A DNA stretch of 64,000 nt, from assembly GCA_964343575.1 (NCBI GenBank), contig CAYFJV010000001.1:286705-350704 (forward strand), given 5' to 3'. The notes beneath the pieces are model-generated. The model was given only the letters and a program-made list of their open reading frames with translations. It was not told the origin of the DNA and made no database searches. This document shows, one piece after another, positions 10,049-19,717 of this stretch (its first letter is position 1; each line of letters starts with the position of its first letter). The translations under genes and the position numbers were made by a program. Source of the DNA: an uncultured Methanosarcinales archaeon. GTDB lineage: Archaea > Nanobdellota > Nanobdellia > Woesearchaeales > GW2011-AR9.

Positions 10049-10768
10049 TCACTTTTGTCGTCGCTTTTTCTTAAAGCTCTTTTTCACTTTCTCTTTGATA
10101 TTCTTATGAAGTGTATCCAAGCCAAGAGCTTTGCCAACAGTTTTTGTTGCCGACTTACCATCTTCTTTAAGTTGCTTCAGATTTCTTTCTAGATGTGCTG
10201 CAGGAATCTTGTAATACCAATCAGTAAAGTCTTCAATATTACTTCCCCAAGCTTCCAAATAAATTTGCCCTTCAAGAGGATACTTTGGTGGCTTTTCTGG
10301 AACATGTTTAGGATGACCAATAGCAAGGATAGCTTGCGGCCTCACGTCGGCAGGCATGCCAAAAGCATCTTGCAGTTGCTGCTCATCAAAAGCACCAATC
10401 CAACGTCCACCAAGGCCAAGAGAATGAGCTTCTAAAAGCATATTCTGAATTGCAGCAGCGCAGTTTTGCACTGTGTAGAGCTTTACTCCACGCATACCAT
10501 AATAACGCTCGGCTTTGGCTGTCTCTCCGCAAACAATGATGAGACAAAAGGCGTTAGCAATTTCATGTTGCTGATGAGCAATATCTGAGACGCGCTGTTT
10601 GTTGCCCATATCTCTGATAACCAAGAACTTCCAATTTTGCAAATTTCCAGAGGAAGGCGCGTGTCTTCCAGCATCAATAATTCTAGAAATCTTATCCCAA
10701 CTGACAGGTCTTGCTTCAAACTCTTCTACGTTTCTTCGAGATTTGATCACTTCTAGAATGTCTGTCAT
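10049..10768 (-). CDS. Nitroreductase family protein
   Basis: IKSRRN, APSSGNLQNW, NMLLEAHSLGLG. Confidence 0.92.
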   Translation of the reverse strand: MTDILEVIKSRRNVEEFEARPVSWDKISRIIDAGRHAPSSGNLQNWKFLVIRDMGNKQRVSDIAHQQHEIANAFCLIIVCGETAKAERYYGMRGVKLYTVQNCAAAIQNMLLEAHSLGLGGRWIGAFDEQQLQDAFGMPADVRPQAILAIGHPKHVPEKPPKYPLEGQIYLEAWGSNIEDFTDWYYKIPAAHLERNLKQLKEDGKSATKTVGKALGLDTLHKNIKEKVKKSFKKKRRQK

Positions 10769-10817
10769 TGCCTTGCCTCTTGCTTGGACTAATGTTTAAG
10801 GCTTTTTATAGTTTACC

Positions 10818-11111
10818 TTAGTCGTAAGTGCCGTTGATTGCATAAGGAGGAGAGAGAAGCAATAGTGCCCTATTGCAGATAGAAAGCTCATAAGCAAGTA
10901 AGTTGGTCTTAGCTTCAGGAAGTCCATTAGGAAGATCTATGACAATGCGCTCCCCATAAGTCCCAATTCCTGCCCCTACCAAGCGCAAGACGCTAAGAAG
11001 CGTGTCCCTTCTTACCTCCAGCTGTTCTTGAGAGAAACAAAGTGCGTAAAGCCCACTCATTAAAGGATTGTCTTCTGTGCCAAATCTTTTCCAAAGATCA
11101 TCGTATCTCAT
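10818..11111 (-). CDS. Hypothetical protein
   Basis: 97-aa ORF with TATA-like element upstream. Confidence 0.5.
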   Translation of the reverse strand: MRYDDLWKRFGTEDNPLMSGLYALCFSQEQLEVRRDTLLSVLRLVGAGIGTYGERIVIDLPNGLPEAKTNLLAYELSICNRALLLLSPPYAINGTYD

Positions 11112-11168
11112 ATGTTTTACTAGAGAAGATTTTTTTATAAGAATTTATGGATGGAGGGATCGAGGAAG

Positions 11169-11438
11169 TTAGTTCTTAGAAAGCGCTAAAGTTAAACCCA
11201 TCATCTCCACGACTTTTCCTTCAGCGGCGGCAGCGACTTCTTCTGCAATTTGTTTTTTAGACTTGCCTTTTCCCACCTCTGCATCTAAAAAAGATCTGAG
11301 AAGCTTGATTTTCATGAGTTTCTTCTTCTTGAGTGTGAGTCTAAGATGCTCAGCTACTCCTTCAGTGATACCTTCTTTTCCTATCTGAATGATGGGTTGG
11401 AGTACTCGTGCTTGTAGTTTAAGCTCTTTTGCTGCCAT
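11169..11438 (-). CDS. YhbY/CRM RNA-binding protein
   Basis: LQPIIQIGKEGIT, LMKIKLL. Confidence 0.88.
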   Translation of the reverse strand: MAAKELKLQARVLQPIIQIGKEGITEGVAEHLRLTLKKKKLMKIKLLRSFLDAEVGKGKSKKQIAEEVAAAAEGKVVEMMGLTLALSKN

Positions 11439-11618
11439 GAACTCTTTCAAAAGAAGACCATTTAAAAACTCTTCGAGGGGCAGATCGTTTGGGCCAAAAA
11501 TTTTGTAGATTTTGTTTCCCTTATTTGTTTAGATTTTATGTTTTTTTGCCAAATATTTATAATAAATGAATGTTTTTCTTGACAAAAGAGTTAAAATGTT
11601 TTGAAAAGAGAATTTAAA

Positions 11619-12194
11619 ATGACATTTATTAGAAGATTAGGATTAGTTGGACTTCTTATGGCTAGCCCGGCTCATGCTAAAAAGAAATTTGATTTAACCA
11701 ATGAGACAGGAATGGCTTGCTATGATGTGGGCTTTGTATCAACCAATGGATTTCGTGTAACTGAAACTAGCCACGAGTTCCCCGGACGTGGTTTTGATGG
11801 AACCGTGACCAGAAAATGTTATGCAACTCTTGATGATGGAACAAAAATAATCTACAGGGAAGGGTTAAAGCAAGGTGACCGTCAAACTTGTGTGGTCAGC
11901 AGGTATGGAACCACTTCCGAGGGGAAACCTGGTTGGGTCTGCCTTGAAGAGTCTCTATGGCCAGCGACCGTTTTCAGCAAGGACCTAAAAGTTGTTAAGC
12001 GAGCAGAAGGTGGCATAACTGAAGCCTCATGGGCAAGAATTCATTCTACAGAAAAGATAGGAAGTAGAGAGTTCGAATTAAAAGGGAAGAATGTTCCAAC
12101 TTATGGTACACATCTTGTTTGCGCCAGAGATGGGCCAAATAGAGAAACCCACGAAGCTTATGTTGCTTCCTTTGGAGAAACACTTTGTTCTTGA
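11619..12194 (+). CDS. Secreted hypothetical protein
   Basis: Signal peptide ending SPAHA; six Cys. Confidence 0.65.
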   Translation: MTFIRRLGLVGLLMASPAHAKKKFDLTNETGMACYDVGFVSTNGFRVTETSHEFPGRGFDGTVTRKCYATLDDGTKIIYREGLKQGDRQTCVVSRYGTTSEGKPGWVCLEESLWPATVFSKDLKVVKRAEGGITEASWARIHSTEKIGSREFELKGKNVPTYGTHLVCARDGPNRETHEAYVASFGETLCS

Positions 12195-12211
12195 TCCGGT
12201 TGTAAGAAAGA

Positions 12212-12424
12212 TTAGAAGATAAAGAGAATAAAAGAGATAAAGATGCAAAGGATTCCTAAAGCGATACAAGGATAAGCAATCTGTTCTCCAAGAGTAATAT
12301 TTTTGAAATTCTTTAACCTGTTCTCGACGAACTGCACAGTAAAAGCAATCTTTTTTTGCATCTGCTGTAAGAAGAGATTAAACTTTTGTTGCATCTCTTG
12401 CATGTTAAAGCTGATCTTGGCCAC
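12212..12424 (-). CDS. Small membrane protein
   Basis: C-terminal hydrophobic helix after LGEQIAY. Confidence 0.65.
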   Translation of the reverse strand: MAKISFNMQEMQQKFNLFLQQMQKKIAFTVQFVENRLKNFKNITLGEQIAYPCIALGILCIFISFILFIF

Positions 12425-12496
12425 GCATGGAATGAAGGGAAGAAGGTATTTAAGTGTTTTGACAAATTAGGAAAAAAGAAAAAAAGAAGTAAAAGC

Positions 12497-12943
12497 TTAT
12501 TCTGCTTTAGGAGCTTCCTCAGCTGCAGCTTCTGCAGGAGCTTCTCCAAGAGCTTTTGCTCCAGCTTTCACAACTTTAAGGTTTACCTGTGCAGTTTTGA
12601 TAGTCACCATCTCACCACAAACAGTTCGACGCTTTTGCAAACCTGCTTGCTTTCGGTTCTTATCTTTCTTAGTTTTTCTTTTCTTTCCAGAAAAACCGAC
12701 GCTAGCACCAATCATGATTCTCTTTCGCGGTGCTTGGATTCCTTTTCGCATAGGAAAACCTGCTTTATCAGATCCGCCCGTCACTTGAAGTTCGTAACCT
12801 TCAAAGCCAAGTGCATCTCCTTTCAAGGTTTCACCAATACGCTTTCGCATTAAGAATTCTGCTGCTTCACCAGTCATTTCTTTCTGGTAAGACTTTCCGT
12901 CCTTAGAGGACACAACTACTTTAAAATTTAGTTCTGCTGGCAT
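12497..12943 (-). CDS. rps6e: 30S ribosomal protein S6e
   Basis: FKVVVS, GGSDKAGFPMR, RRTVCG, QVNLKV. Confidence 0.96.
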   Translation of the reverse strand: MPAELNFKVVVSSKDGKSYQKEMTGEAAEFLMRKRIGETLKGDALGFEGYELQVTGGSDKAGFPMRKGIQAPRKRIMIGASVGFSGKKRKTKKDKNRKQAGLQKRRTVCGEMVTIKTAQVNLKVVKAGAKALGEAPAEAAAEEAPKAE

Positions 12944-12944
12944 A

Positions 12945-13007
12945 CTAAAAAATCACCCCAGTGATTTTTGGTATGCAAAAAATGTTGTCTATAATATTTT
13001 TTTGCAT
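12945..13007 (-). other. Putative 20-codon uORF in rps6e leader
   Basis: GGGAGG SD, then ATG; MQKNIIDNIFCIPKITGVIF; stop 1 nt before the rps6e ATG. Confidence 0.35.
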
Positions 13008-13112
13008 ATTTATTTCCTCCCGAGAGTAAGGATGTGTCGAGACACCGCCCCAAATTGGGTCTCTCAGCTGTTATGCTCTGTTAGAAGAAGGTTGCTTTAT
13101 AAATGCATCGGC

Positions 13113-13469
13113 TCAAGAGTACTTTGCTGGAGGATCTCTCATGTACCCCAATGCCTCAGAAGTTCTTGGTGTTGCGAGATATTCTCTAAGCAGTGCACCC
13201 AATTTATTTCTCACTGCCCAAGATTCATCTCCTAGAACTAAACCTAGGCGGGCACATTCTTCCTGAATAACACTTAGCCCTTCATCTTCAAACACTCTTG
13301 CATCTCTTGTTGCCTCTCTAAGAAAGTATAAAGAGCCCATATAATCAGAAGGGTTTGGTCCAATTGTCCTTACTCTTTCTTCAGCACCATTTCTTTCCAA
13401 AAAAGAATCAAAGAGCCTTTGAGCAATATCATCAACAGAAGCAAATCCAGATCCACTCTCTCCAGGCAT
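13113..13469 (-). CDS. Hypothetical protein
   Basis: 118-aa ORF with TATA upstream. Confidence 0.55.
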   Translation of the reverse strand: MPGESGSGFASVDDIAQRLFDSFLERNGAEERVRTIGPNPSDYMGSLYFLREATRDARVFEDEGLSVIQEECARLGLVLGDESWAVRNKLGALLREYLATPRTSEALGYMRDPPAKYS

Positions 13470-13521
13470 GAAAGCAATCTGGAAAAAGAGTATAAAAATT
13501 TTACTTTACTTGAGAATACTC

Positions 13522-13746
13522 TTACTTAACCACATGAATGATGTTTACCGGACAATCTTTTGCTGCCTTTTCATTCTCATCCAGATCTGCAGGTGTAATC
13601 TCTAAAATCTCAACTTCTTTTTTCCTTTGAGCTCCCTTAAGATTAGACTTGCCATCCTCACCATCCATCTCCCAAAACTCTGGAGCAATTTCTACGCAAG
13701 AATTACAACCAATGCATTTGTTTCGATAATGGATAACTTTTGGCAT
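13522..13746 (-). CDS. Ferredoxin
   Basis: CIGCNSC...CPVNII. Confidence 0.92.
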   Translation of the reverse strand: MPKVIHYRNKCIGCNSCVEIAPEFWEMDGEDGKSNLKGAQRKKEVEILEITPADLDENEKAAKDCPVNIIHVVK

Positions 13747-13804
13747 ATGCAGGCTGTTTTTGCTTTTTTTATATAACTTCTCTCCTCTTTACTGTTGAGA
13801 ACTA

Positions 13805-14557
13805 CTATTTTCCTATCTTCCACAAAGAGTTAAAATAAGTCAGAAATCCTTTTGTGATTGCTTCATTCTTAATCAAAAAAAGAGAAGGGTTCTCTCCCAT
13901 GACCCCAATACCAACATTATCTCCGAATATTTCTATCCACATAGGTGAGAGAATCTCTGAGGCAACAAATCGTGCCTGCGCAAGTTTCAGTCTCAGCCGC
14001 TTCTCTCCAATCTTTCGTAGGCTTTCATTAAAAATATATTTGCATCTAATTCCTTTTTTTGCACGTCGTTTTTGAAAATCTGCCCAGTAACCCTCCATTT
14101 TTTCAGTGTGGGGATAATTTGCAAGAATAACGTAAAGTGTATCGCCCTTGCTTAGTTCCTCAAAAACTTTTTCTCTTGCAGTTTTTATTCCTTGTACCCC
14201 TTCAAAAACAGAATAAGTTGTAGTGCTCTTAGTCAACTCTTGCATTGCAAGCAATTCTGGGATTACCTTCTTGCTTAGCCTTTCTTTTTCTTCAACTTTC
14301 TTTTTTTCTTCTCCCAGGAACTCATTTATCTTTCGAGGACTCTCTGCATTCCAGTGCTTTCGATTCCTAATGATTGTGTACGAAACCAAGCCTTTCCTTA
14401 GAAGCCTCTCCAAGTTTTCATAAACTTTTGAAGCATTAATACCGGTTTTTTTGATAATAGAAGAGGTTGTAGTTGTTCCAATTGTAAGAAGGGCAAGATA
14501 GACCTTTGCCTCATTTTTGTTCAAGCCAATCTCTTCTAAAAGCTGTTTTCTATCCAC
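13805..14557 (-). CDS. TrmB family transcriptional regulator
   Basis: GLNKNEAKVYLALL, KVYENLERLLRKGLV wHTH; GTG start. Confidence 0.9.
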   Translation of the reverse strand: MDRKQLLEEIGLNKNEAKVYLALLTIGTTTTSSIIKKTGINASKVYENLERLLRKGLVSYTIIRNRKHWNAESPRKINEFLGEEKKKVEEKERLSKKVIPELLAMQELTKSTTTYSVFEGVQGIKTAREKVFEELSKGDTLYVILANYPHTEKMEGYWADFQKRRAKKGIRCKYIFNESLRKIGEKRLRLKLAQARFVASEILSPMWIEIFGDNVGIGVMGENPSLFLIKNEAITKGFLTYFNSLWKIGK

Positions 14558-14645
14558 AAAGAGAAAATAGCCAGTTTATTTATAAAATTTTCTCCCTTTT
14601 GGGGAAAAAGTTATTTTATATACCGGCTAATTGCCAGAATTTAGT

Positions 14646-15071
14646 ATGACACAGAGTTATCTCCACCCAAGGTATAGTCTTCTTTGGCATACTGGACACC
14701 ACAAAAAAAAGGATCACATTGATTTAGTACTCGAAAGAGAATTTGGGAGCTGTAGAGATGAGACAGCCCTTGATAAATTTGAGATCTTTCAAGAACTTGA
14801 AGGAGATATTACCTTGAAATATTTTAGAAGAATTAGAAGAAAATACCTTGATTTTGAAGGAGAAATGGCAAAAGACGATCAAGGTAGAAGCAGAGGACGT
14901 GTGGAACAGATGGGTTCTGGATTCCTTGAAATCCCTAACACAGGAGTAATTACTCTAAGAGAAGGGCTTCTTGATGGTTATGTTCTTGATTTTGCAAAAG
15001 AGTTTAGACAAGAAATTTTACACCCAGGTCATTCTTACAACCTGATTCATCGAAGAGGAGTATCTACCTAA
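14646..15071 (+). CDS. LigD N-terminal 3'-phosphoesterase-like protein
   Basis: H...HIDLVLE and YLDFEG...RGRV pattern. Confidence 0.55.
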   Translation: MTQSYLHPRYSLLWHTGHHKKKDHIDLVLEREFGSCRDETALDKFEIFQELEGDITLKYFRRIRRKYLDFEGEMAKDDQGRSRGRVEQMGSGFLEIPNTGVITLREGLLDGYVLDFAKEFRQEILHPGHSYNLIHRRGVST

Positions 15072-15076
15072 AAACT

Positions 15077-15262
15077 ATGAAAAATCTAACTAAAAACAAA
15101 CAACAGTACGTGGGTACAGCAGGGATTTTACTGTGGCTTTTCAGCTTTCTTATAGTGTTTATCCCCTTTAGCAGCACCATTTATTCAATACCCGTCCAAT
15201 TCTATATGTGGGTCTCGTTTCAAATTACCTTTCTTATCTTACTTTGGAGAATTTTACAATGA
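15077..15262 (+). CDS. Small two-TM protein, putative symporter accessory subunit
   Basis: Hydrophobic 61 aa; ATGA overlap with the symporter start. Confidence 0.65.
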   Translation: MKNLTKNKQQYVGTAGILLWLFSFLIVFIPFSSTIYSIPVQFYMWVSFQITFLILLWRILQ

Positions 15263-16659
15263 TAGAAGAGATGATTATTTTTTTAGGGATTGCCCTCTAC
15301 ATTGGAGCCACCTTGTTGGTACTGAGAAAAGTTCAAAGCAAACAGGAAAGTTTCTCATTTTACTTCAGTGATGCAAAGGTAAAAAGTAGTGCAGCTCTTT
15401 GGGGTTTCTCTGCAAGTATCTTCTCAACATTTGCCTTGATTGGTATCCCTTCCTTTTTTGCAAGTTTAGGGATTATGACCTATTTGTTTTACTCAATTGG
15501 TATTTTAGCAATGGGAGGAGTACTCGTACTTGTTGGAGGACAATTGAGAGATTATTTGGGAAAGGAATTTTCCAGACAAAGTATTGTAGGGGTCTTTCTC
15601 TCAGAAGATAGAAGGTTCTCTGCAATGACCTATCTTATTCTTGTGAGCATCTTGCTCATCCCTTATTTAATTATCCAACTAAGAGGGATTAGTTTATTAC
15701 TCTCAACACTTTTGCCCAGCACCTCTTTATTATTTTGGACCCTGGCTCTTGCAGCGATACTAGGATTATACTCAATAAGAAAAGGCATTAAGGCAATCTA
15801 TCAAACAGACATTTTGCAAGGAAAGATTTTCATGACAGTAGTCTTACTCATTAGCATACTATTATTCATCAAATTTAATGGCCTTGCACTGTTTGAAACA
15901 GTAAATCCTAGCTTATTAGCAATATCATATAATAACCCAGTCCTTACATGGCAATTCATCCTCATCAACATGTTTGCTTTTGTACTTTTTCCATTTTGCC
16001 AGCCACATATGTTCACGAGGATTGCAGGAGTGCGTAGTGATAAGGATTACCGAAAAATGGTTTTTGGTTTTGTGCTGCTTGGTCTAGTCATTGGTCTTTG
16101 TATGTTTTACATTGGAAGTGCTGGAAGTCTTTACAACCCAGATCAAAATGGAGTTTTTCTTATCGATTTACTCAAAAATGAATTAGGATTCTTTGTCTTA
16201 GTAACCTACATTGTTGCCTTACTAGCTGCTGCAATGTCTACTCTTGATAGTTTACTGTTTAGTATCAGTACTGAGTGGTCTTTGATGGTTAGAAAACACA
16301 GAGGATTGCCAGTGACTGGGAGTATTAGTTTAGCGAGGACAAGCTACGCAATATTGCTCCTAGTGGTTGTTGTTTTATCACAGTTTGACATACAATCAAT
16401 CGTACTTTTCTCATTAAATTCAATCGTAGGAAGTTCTTTGCTATTCCCCCTAGTAGTATCTGCGTTTATCAATAACAAAAGAATTCGTAGCTTTTTATCC
16501 TTATTAAGTGTTATGTCATTGGTAGTATTCCTTATTGAAAAATTCTCGGAAGTAGTTACAATGCCCCACTTGGTCTTGTATATCTATGCAATCTACGCTC
16601 TCATGTTAGTGCTAGGGTATGTTCTTAGAAATTCGTTCTGGTTTGATACCAAGCATTGA
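15259..16659 (+). CDS. Sodium:solute symporter family protein
   Basis: About 13 TM segments; QTDILQG, QPHMFTR, LAAAMSTLDS. Confidence 0.9.
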   Translation: MIEEMIIFLGIALYIGATLLVLRKVQSKQESFSFYFSDAKVKSSAALWGFSASIFSTFALIGIPSFFASLGIMTYLFYSIGILAMGGVLVLVGGQLRDYLGKEFSRQSIVGVFLSEDRRFSAMTYLILVSILLIPYLIIQLRGISLLLSTLLPSTSLLFWTLALAAILGLYSIRKGIKAIYQTDILQGKIFMTVVLLISILLFIKFNGLALFETVNPSLLAISYNNPVLTWQFILINMFAFVLFPFCQPHMFTRIAGVRSDKDYRKMVFGFVLLGLVIGLCMFYIGSAGSLYNPDQNGVFLIDLLKNELGFFVLVTYIVALLAAAMSTLDSLLFSISTEWSLMVRKHRGLPVTGSISLARTSYAILLLVVVVLSQFDIQSIVLFSLNSIVGSSLLFPLVVSAFINNKRIRSFLSLLSVMSLVVFLIEKFSEVVTMPHLVLYIYAIYALMLVLGYVLRNSFWFDTKH

Positions 16660-16693
16660 ATAAGAAGAGATAAGAATTGATAAAGGATTAATC

Positions 16694-17155
16694 TTAGTAT
16701 TCTTTATAGTCCTGAAATTCTACTCTGAGAGTGTCAAAATCTTCTTCTCTATTTGGCCCAGTAAAATAAAAGACCTCAAAATGAAGATGAGGTCCCATTG
16801 TATACCCAGTATTACCTGAATAACCTATCAATTGTCCGGTTTTCACAAGTTCTCCAACATGCACTTCTACACCCCCATATCTTAAGTGTTCATATGCAGA
16901 ATATTCTCCATTTTCATGCCTAATTACTATCCTATTCCCATCATTCCAATACTTCCTATCAGGGCCCCCAATGTTTGAATCACTTTTTACCCAAACAACT
17001 TCTCCAGCTAGAGAAGCATAAACCGGAGTTCCTTCATCACAGACAAAATCAACTGAATTCCTTAGTTTACCAACGTGGGCAGGAGAACTTGTCCTATCTA
17101 TTTTTCTGAATTCACCTTCTCTAATTGGTAATTGATATTTGTTTCTTGATCTCAT
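16694..17155 (-). CDS. M23 family metallopeptidase
   Basis: H..SVDF, YEHL, SGNTG, GPHLHF. Confidence 0.92.
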   Translation of the reverse strand: MRSRNKYQLPIREGEFRKIDRTSSPAHVGKLRNSVDFVCDEGTPVYASLAGEVVWVKSDSNIGGPDRKYWNDGNRIVIRHENGEYSAYEHLRYGGVEVHVGELVKTGQLIGYSGNTGYTMGPHLHFEVFYFTGPNREEDFDTLRVEFQDYKEY

Positions 17156-17242
17156 TTTTAATAGTAAATAGGTATAACTCATTTATTTAAATCTTGGTCT
17201 CTAAAATGTGTATTAACCAACAGAATCTCTATGGTAAGAGAG

Positions 17243-18580
17243 TCACCAAGGTAGCACTACATTACTCTTTTGTTTTCCTTCTTGTACTTCTTGCTTTGCT
17301 TTACGAATCAAGAATAGCTTATCTTGTGGACGCACTTGCTCTGCAACTGGAAGCGTAAAATCATCTCCCTTCTGCACAGATTGCACTTCTTTGTCATCAA
17401 GACGTAAGGAACTTACTTCTCCTCGAATAACTCCAGTAGTTGGACCGGTTACTAAAAATCGGTCTCCAATTTTAAGTTCTACTTTTCCTGCTTCAAAGAA
17501 GAATTCAGCCACGCCAACTTGTTTAAAATAGTTTTTTGCAACTCCCAAAAACACTTTTTCTTCACTCGCTTTGCTTCCATAGACGCCAGACCATTCTCCC
17601 AACTCTTTTCCAAGGTAATAGCCACCATGCCAAAATCCTCTATTGAACACCTTTTCTAGCTCTTTAGTCCACTTAGCAACTTTCTCCTCTTTATTTTGTG
17701 AATAAGTTCCAGCAAGATATTGGTCAACAGCTTCCCGATAAGTTCTAATGACAGTGTCAACATAATCTGGGCTTCTTCCTCGACCTTCAAATTTAAGCAC
17801 TCTCACCCCTGCATCAAGGATCTGGTCAACAAAACCAATCGTACAAAGATCTTTTGGGGACATGACATACTTGTTGTCAAGCACTAACTCATCTCCCGTT
17901 TCTTCATCAATTACTCGGTAGGATCTCCTACAGTTTTGTAAACATGCTCCTCGGTTTGCAGAAGCATTGTAGGTTCCTAAACTCATATAACATTTTCCAG
18001 AAATTGCTACGCAAAGTGCCCCATGAGCAAAAAGCTCTATCTCCACCAAGTTGCCCTTTGGTCCAGTTATGTTTTCTTCTTTGATGGTATCACAAATCTT
18101 TTTGATCTGTTTCAGCGTGAGTTCTCTTGCAAGCACAATAACATCAGCAAATTTTGCATAGAATTTTACTGCTTCAATATTGGAAACGTTACACTGTGTT
18201 GAGATGTGTACTTCCAAATCGATTGAGTTGGCATAAGAAATCGCTGAGATGTCGCTAGCAATGACTGCGGTGATCTCTGCTGCTTTTGCAGCATCACAAA
18301 TTTTTTTCATAAGTGTTACATCATGATCATAAAGCACAGTGTTGAGAGTAAGATAGGAGTTGATATTCTTCTCTTGACAGATTTTAGCAATCTTTTTGAG
18401 ATCTTCAAGAGTAAAGTTATTCGCAGCTCTTGCTCGCATGTTGAGCTGTTCGATACCAAAATAAATTGAATCTGCTCCAGCGTTTATTGCAGCTTGAAGG
18501 CTTTCATAGCTCCCAGCTGGCGCCATGATTTCCACATCTTTTCTTGTCTTCTCTATTTTGGAACTTTCTTCTTTGCTCAT
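17243..18580 (-). CDS. U32 family peptidase (TrhP-like tRNA hydroxylation protein)
   Basis: EIMAPAG, HGALCVAISGKC, NRGACLQNCR, KFEGR. Confidence 0.92.
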   Translation of the reverse strand: MSKEESSKIEKTRKDVEIMAPAGSYESLQAAINAGADSIYFGIEQLNMRARAANNFTLEDLKKIAKICQEKNINSYLTLNTVLYDHDVTLMKKICDAAKAAEITAVIASDISAISYANSIDLEVHISTQCNVSNIEAVKFYAKFADVIVLARELTLKQIKKICDTIKEENITGPKGNLVEIELFAHGALCVAISGKCYMSLGTYNASANRGACLQNCRRSYRVIDEETGDELVLDNKYVMSPKDLCTIGFVDQILDAGVRVLKFEGRGRSPDYVDTVIRTYREAVDQYLAGTYSQNKEEKVAKWTKELEKVFNRGFWHGGYYLGKELGEWSGVYGSKASEEKVFLGVAKNYFKQVGVAEFFFEAGKVELKIGDRFLVTGPTTGVIRGEVSSLRLDDKEVQSVQKGDDFTLPVAEQVRPQDKLFLIRKAKQEVQEGKQKSNVVLPW

Positions 18581-18676
18581 CGACTTGATTATCTTTGAAG
18601 CTGTTTTTAAACTTTCTGAGAAGAATGAGTGTTTTCATAGGCAATGCTTATAAAAAAACCCTTGTGGGGGAGGAGG

Positions 18677-19291
18677 ATGGTATCACTTAGGTCGCCTGTT
18701 GCCAGAAGAATGGTTCTCCCAGAGAGGGATCCAAAGGAATTAGTAGTATCTCGCTATGGTGTTCTTGCACTTGTTCTTAACACTACTCCGACCCACTATG
18801 ATATTAAAAAAAGAGAGCAACTTTACGCGGCACTTGATGAACTTTACGATTCTGGAGATGTCCCCCAAGAAGGGAAGGTTGCATTTCTAAGAGAAAGAAT
18901 TAGAGAAAGCAGGCAAAGTGTTGCTCCTTGGTTGGATGGGAGATTTCATCATGTTGTTGTTACGCATGCTAGAGTAAGGCGTTGCAGAGAAAGGAACCAC
19001 CTTGTTGGGATGATCTATGAAACCCACGGTGCAGAAGTTACAGCAGAATGGTTTGGTCTTTCTAGGGGACATGTCTATGATATTGCAAGTGCTTTTAGGA
19101 GAGGAGAGTATGGTTGTCCTAGAAGTGAAGAAGCGGTAATTTTAGAGGGACAAATTTATGTCGCTCCAAAAAAAGGAGGCAGACCATTAGGAAATTTTCT
19201 CTGTGCACTTCGTAATGAAGAGGGATGTAGAGAAGTTCGCTTTGTTTCTAGAGAAAACCTTGATAGACGCGGCGTGCGGATGGTTGCTTAA
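18677..19291 (+). CDS. Hypothetical protein with possible HTH
   Basis: TAEWFGLSRGHVYDI segment. Confidence 0.55.
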   Translation: MVSLRSPVARRMVLPERDPKELVVSRYGVLALVLNTTPTHYDIKKREQLYAALDELYDSGDVPQEGKVAFLRERIRESRQSVAPWLDGRFHHVVVTHARVRRCRERNHLVGMIYETHGAEVTAEWFGLSRGHVYDIASAFRRGEYGCPRSEEAVILEGQIYVAPKKGGRPLGNFLCALRNEEGCREVRFVSRENLDRRGVRMVA

Positions 19292-19331
19292 AGAAGAAAT
19301 ATTAAATAAAAAGAATTCTTCCTCTTCTTTG

Positions 19332-19673
19332 ATGATCAAAAAAAAATCGCATTGGTGGTGGCTTACCATCTTTGCACACCCTTACACCAGCACCGCAATC
19401 TATCCTAACATTTATTTAACCCGTTCTTTTGATAGCGAACCCAAAGAAGTACAAGACTACCTTCTTCGTCATGAGAAGATTCATTTGGAGCAACAAAAAA
19501 AAGTTGGTGTACTGAAGTATCACTTGCTTTATGTCTTTGTTCTTCCTTTGTTTTGGAACCCTTGGCGTTTTGAGTGGGAGTTAGAGGCTTATGTCAATGC
19601 GGGGATGGATGAAGAAACTGCATTAAGTTATGTGCGTTCTTGGACTTACGGTTGGTTGTTGAATAGAAAATGA
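19332..19673 (+). CDS. Small HEXXH zinc-metalloprotease-like protein
   Basis: LLRHEKIHLEQQ...ELEAY. Confidence 0.7.
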   Translation: MIKKKSHWWWLTIFAHPYTSTAIYPNIYLTRSFDSEPKEVQDYLLRHEKIHLEQQKKVGVLKYHLLYVFVLPLFWNPWRFEWELEAYVNAGMDEETALSYVRSWTYGWLLNRK

Positions 19674-19717
19674 ATTATTTTTTCTCTGCCAGTGATTCTG
19701 TAAAAAAGAAAAAAAAT

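Noticed and set aside
13040..13082. TPP riboswitch-like GCTGAGA...ACCC on the minus strand
   Set aside because: Lacks the pairing GGG strand and the whole pyrophosphate-sensing arm (CUGAU, UAAU, GCG.AGGGA); the downstream gene is not thiamine-related
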